Shown here: positions 35,504 to 36,819 of the stretch, in pieces
How positions within the stretch are numbered: position 1 is the first letter of the stretch
How the letters are laid out: every line of letters begins with the position of its first letter
Sequence record: SRR2962707_445
DNA: 36,819 nt
Reading direction: 5' to 3' (one strand)
Made by a program: the position numbers and the translations under genes
The notes under the pieces: generated by a model
What the model saw: only the letters and a program-made list of their open reading frames with translations
Told to the model about the DNA's origin: nothing
Databases searched by the model: none

Positions 35504-36391
35504 ATTAATCGTTTACCGCCATTAAACTCATTGAAGTGCTTTGAGTCTGCTGCCCGTCATGGCAGCTTTAACAAAGCCGCTCAAGAGTTGTCTGTGACAC
35601 CTTCAGCGATTAGCCACCAAATTAAGGGCTTAGAAGGCTTTCTTGGGATCGAGCTGTTTCGAAGAACGAAGCGCAAAGTGATTCTAACCGAAGCTGGAGA
35701 ATCCTATTTAAAACCCATTAAACATATTTTTGAGCAGTTGGAATTTGCGACCGCTGAGCTGAAAAGCAAACAGAAAATAGGCTCGCTTAAGTTGGCGGTT
35801 GCGCCGGCGTTCCTTACTCGCTGGCTTATGCCACGAATGGAACGTTTTCAAGAGCGCTACCCTGATATCCAGATAGAGATTAGCTCATCGACCGGCTTAA
35901 TCGATTTCTCGGCTGGCGACATTGATATGGCGGTGTATTTTGGTAATGGCGACTGGGCGGATGTGGAAGCCTACTATTTATCCCCCGCTAAGTTGTTCCC
36001 TGTGTGCAACCCTAAGTTAATTCGACCAGATCAGCCTCTTAATGAGCCGTCAGATATGCGCTTTTATCCCTTGTTGCACGTCACCAAGCGTAAGGATGAA
36101 TGGCATGATTGGTTGCAGCAGAATGGCTTAGACCCGAAAGTATTTCGTCGAGGCCTGATGTTCTCAAGTGGCTCGTTAACAGCGGGAGCCGCGGCTCAAG
36201 GCTTGGGTATTTCGCTTTCTAATGTGGATTTGGTCAGACCAGAAATAGAAGCAGGGACCTTGAAGGTCTTGTTTGATCAGCATTTGGTGAGTACTCGTTC
36301 TTTTTACTTGGTGTATGAAAAACGCAGTACAGTGACACCAGCAATGTCGGCTTTTAAAGAGTGGATTATTGAAGAAATGGTTGGGGATTAG
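35504..36391 (+). CDS. LysR family regulator, GcvA-like; probable ATT start
   Basis: In-frame RLPPLNSLKCFESAARH.SF.KAA.EL.VTPSAISHQIK.LE (GcvA-type); GGAG SD 8 nt before ATT 35504. Confidence 0.85.
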   Translation: MNRLPPLNSLKCFESAARHGSFNKAAQELSVTPSAISHQIKGLEGFLGIELFRRTKRKVILTEAGESYLKPIKHIFEQLEFATAELKSKQKIGSLKLAVAPAFLTRWLMPRMERFQERYPDIQIEISSSTGLIDFSAGDIDMAVYFGNGDWADVEAYYLSPAKLFPVCNPKLIRPDQPLNEPSDMRFYPLLHVTKRKDEWHDWLQQNGLDPKVFRRGLMFSSGSLTAGAAAQGLGISLSNVDLVRPEIEAGTLKVLFDQHLVSTRSFYLVYEKRSTVTPAMSAFKEWIIEEMVGD

Positions 36392-36476
36392 TATAGTCAT
36401 TGGGCAACGACAAAGCTGAAAGGAAACTGGCTTTGACCCAAAATTCGTTTTTAATATGAAAGGCTTGCGTATATTT

Positions 36477-36767
36477 ATGAGTACCGAATTAAAAGTTAAT
36501 AGTTATTTTAATGATAGTGTTAAGTCCATCGCTCTAGAAAACCAAGAAGGGGTTTCTACCGTTGGTGTGATGTCTGTTGGTGACTACGAATTTGGTACCA
36601 GCCAGCGTGAATACATGACCGTTGTTTCTGGTCGTTTAGCCGTGAAATTGCCAGGCGAAGCGACTTGGAAAACTTTTTCAAAAGGCGAGACTTTTATTGT
36701 TGAGGCGAACTTATCTTTTTCTGTAAAAGTGGAAGAGACGACCGCGTATCTTTGTCGCTACGAATAA
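36477..36767 (+). CDS. ppnP: Pyrimidine/purine nucleoside phosphorylase PpnP (YaiE/DUF1255)
   Basis: LKVN.YF...VKSI, STVGVM..G.Y.F.T...E.MTVVSG.L.V.LPG...W..F, AYLCRY. Start uncertain: ATG 36477 vs 36456. Confidence 0.88.
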   Translation: MSTELKVNSYFNDSVKSIALENQEGVSTVGVMSVGDYEFGTSQREYMTVVSGRLAVKLPGEATWKTFSKGETFIVEANLSFSVKVEETTAYLCRYE

Positions 36768-36791
36768 GTAGACCAGCTCACGAATACCGAT

Positions 36792-36819
36792 AAAAAAAGG
36801 CTTCCAATTGGAAGCCTTT
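36792..36819. terminator. Intrinsic (likely bidirectional) terminator after ppnP, truncated by the window end
   Basis: AAAGGCTTCC-aatt-GGAAGCCTTT with an upstream A-run. Confidence 0.8.

Noticed and set aside
1-36819. Prophage, IS, integron, CRISPR array, tRNA/rRNA
   Set aside because: No integrase, transposase, phage structural or cas genes, no repeat-spacer array, no tRNA/rRNA signature and no obvious compositional island seen by eye.

Overview
A 36.8-kb, gene-dense chromosomal window from a gammaproteobacterium. Gene content suggests a marine Marinomonas-like organism (inference). I see no integrase, transposase, phage gene, CRISPR array, rRNA or tRNA. Genes in order: exported MsrA; a VOC-family + Fe(II)/2OG-oxygenase gene pair; TetR; Bcr/CflA MFS pump; an orphan PD-(D/E)XK-like protein; hemG; xdhA-xdhB-guaD purine catabolism (no xdhC); VanZ-like; dbpA; a CHASE-like/GGDEF/EAL protein; LysR; a Dpp/Opp-type ABC importer; acpH; rbgA-yacL-acidic hypothetical; cti; LLM monooxygenase; lpxL-kdkA/GT9 LPS genes; MTHFR-like; DUF1285; a second DEAD-box helicase; GcvA-like LysR; ppnP. 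The most interesting signals are absent from the ORF track. (1) A candidate ~115-nt structured sRNA on the minus strand between acpH and rbgA, with a TACAAT -10, a CRP-like site near -41 and its own intrinsic terminator. (2) Two unannotated single-pass membrane microproteins (47 and 34 aa) flanking hemG. (3) A GGA-hairpin-rich, Csr/Rsm-like sRNA 3' end at the window start. (4) A probable ATT start codon for the GcvA-like regulator. (5) RutR-like and MetR-like operators upstream of genes that fit those regulons. All calls were made by eye; no searches were run.
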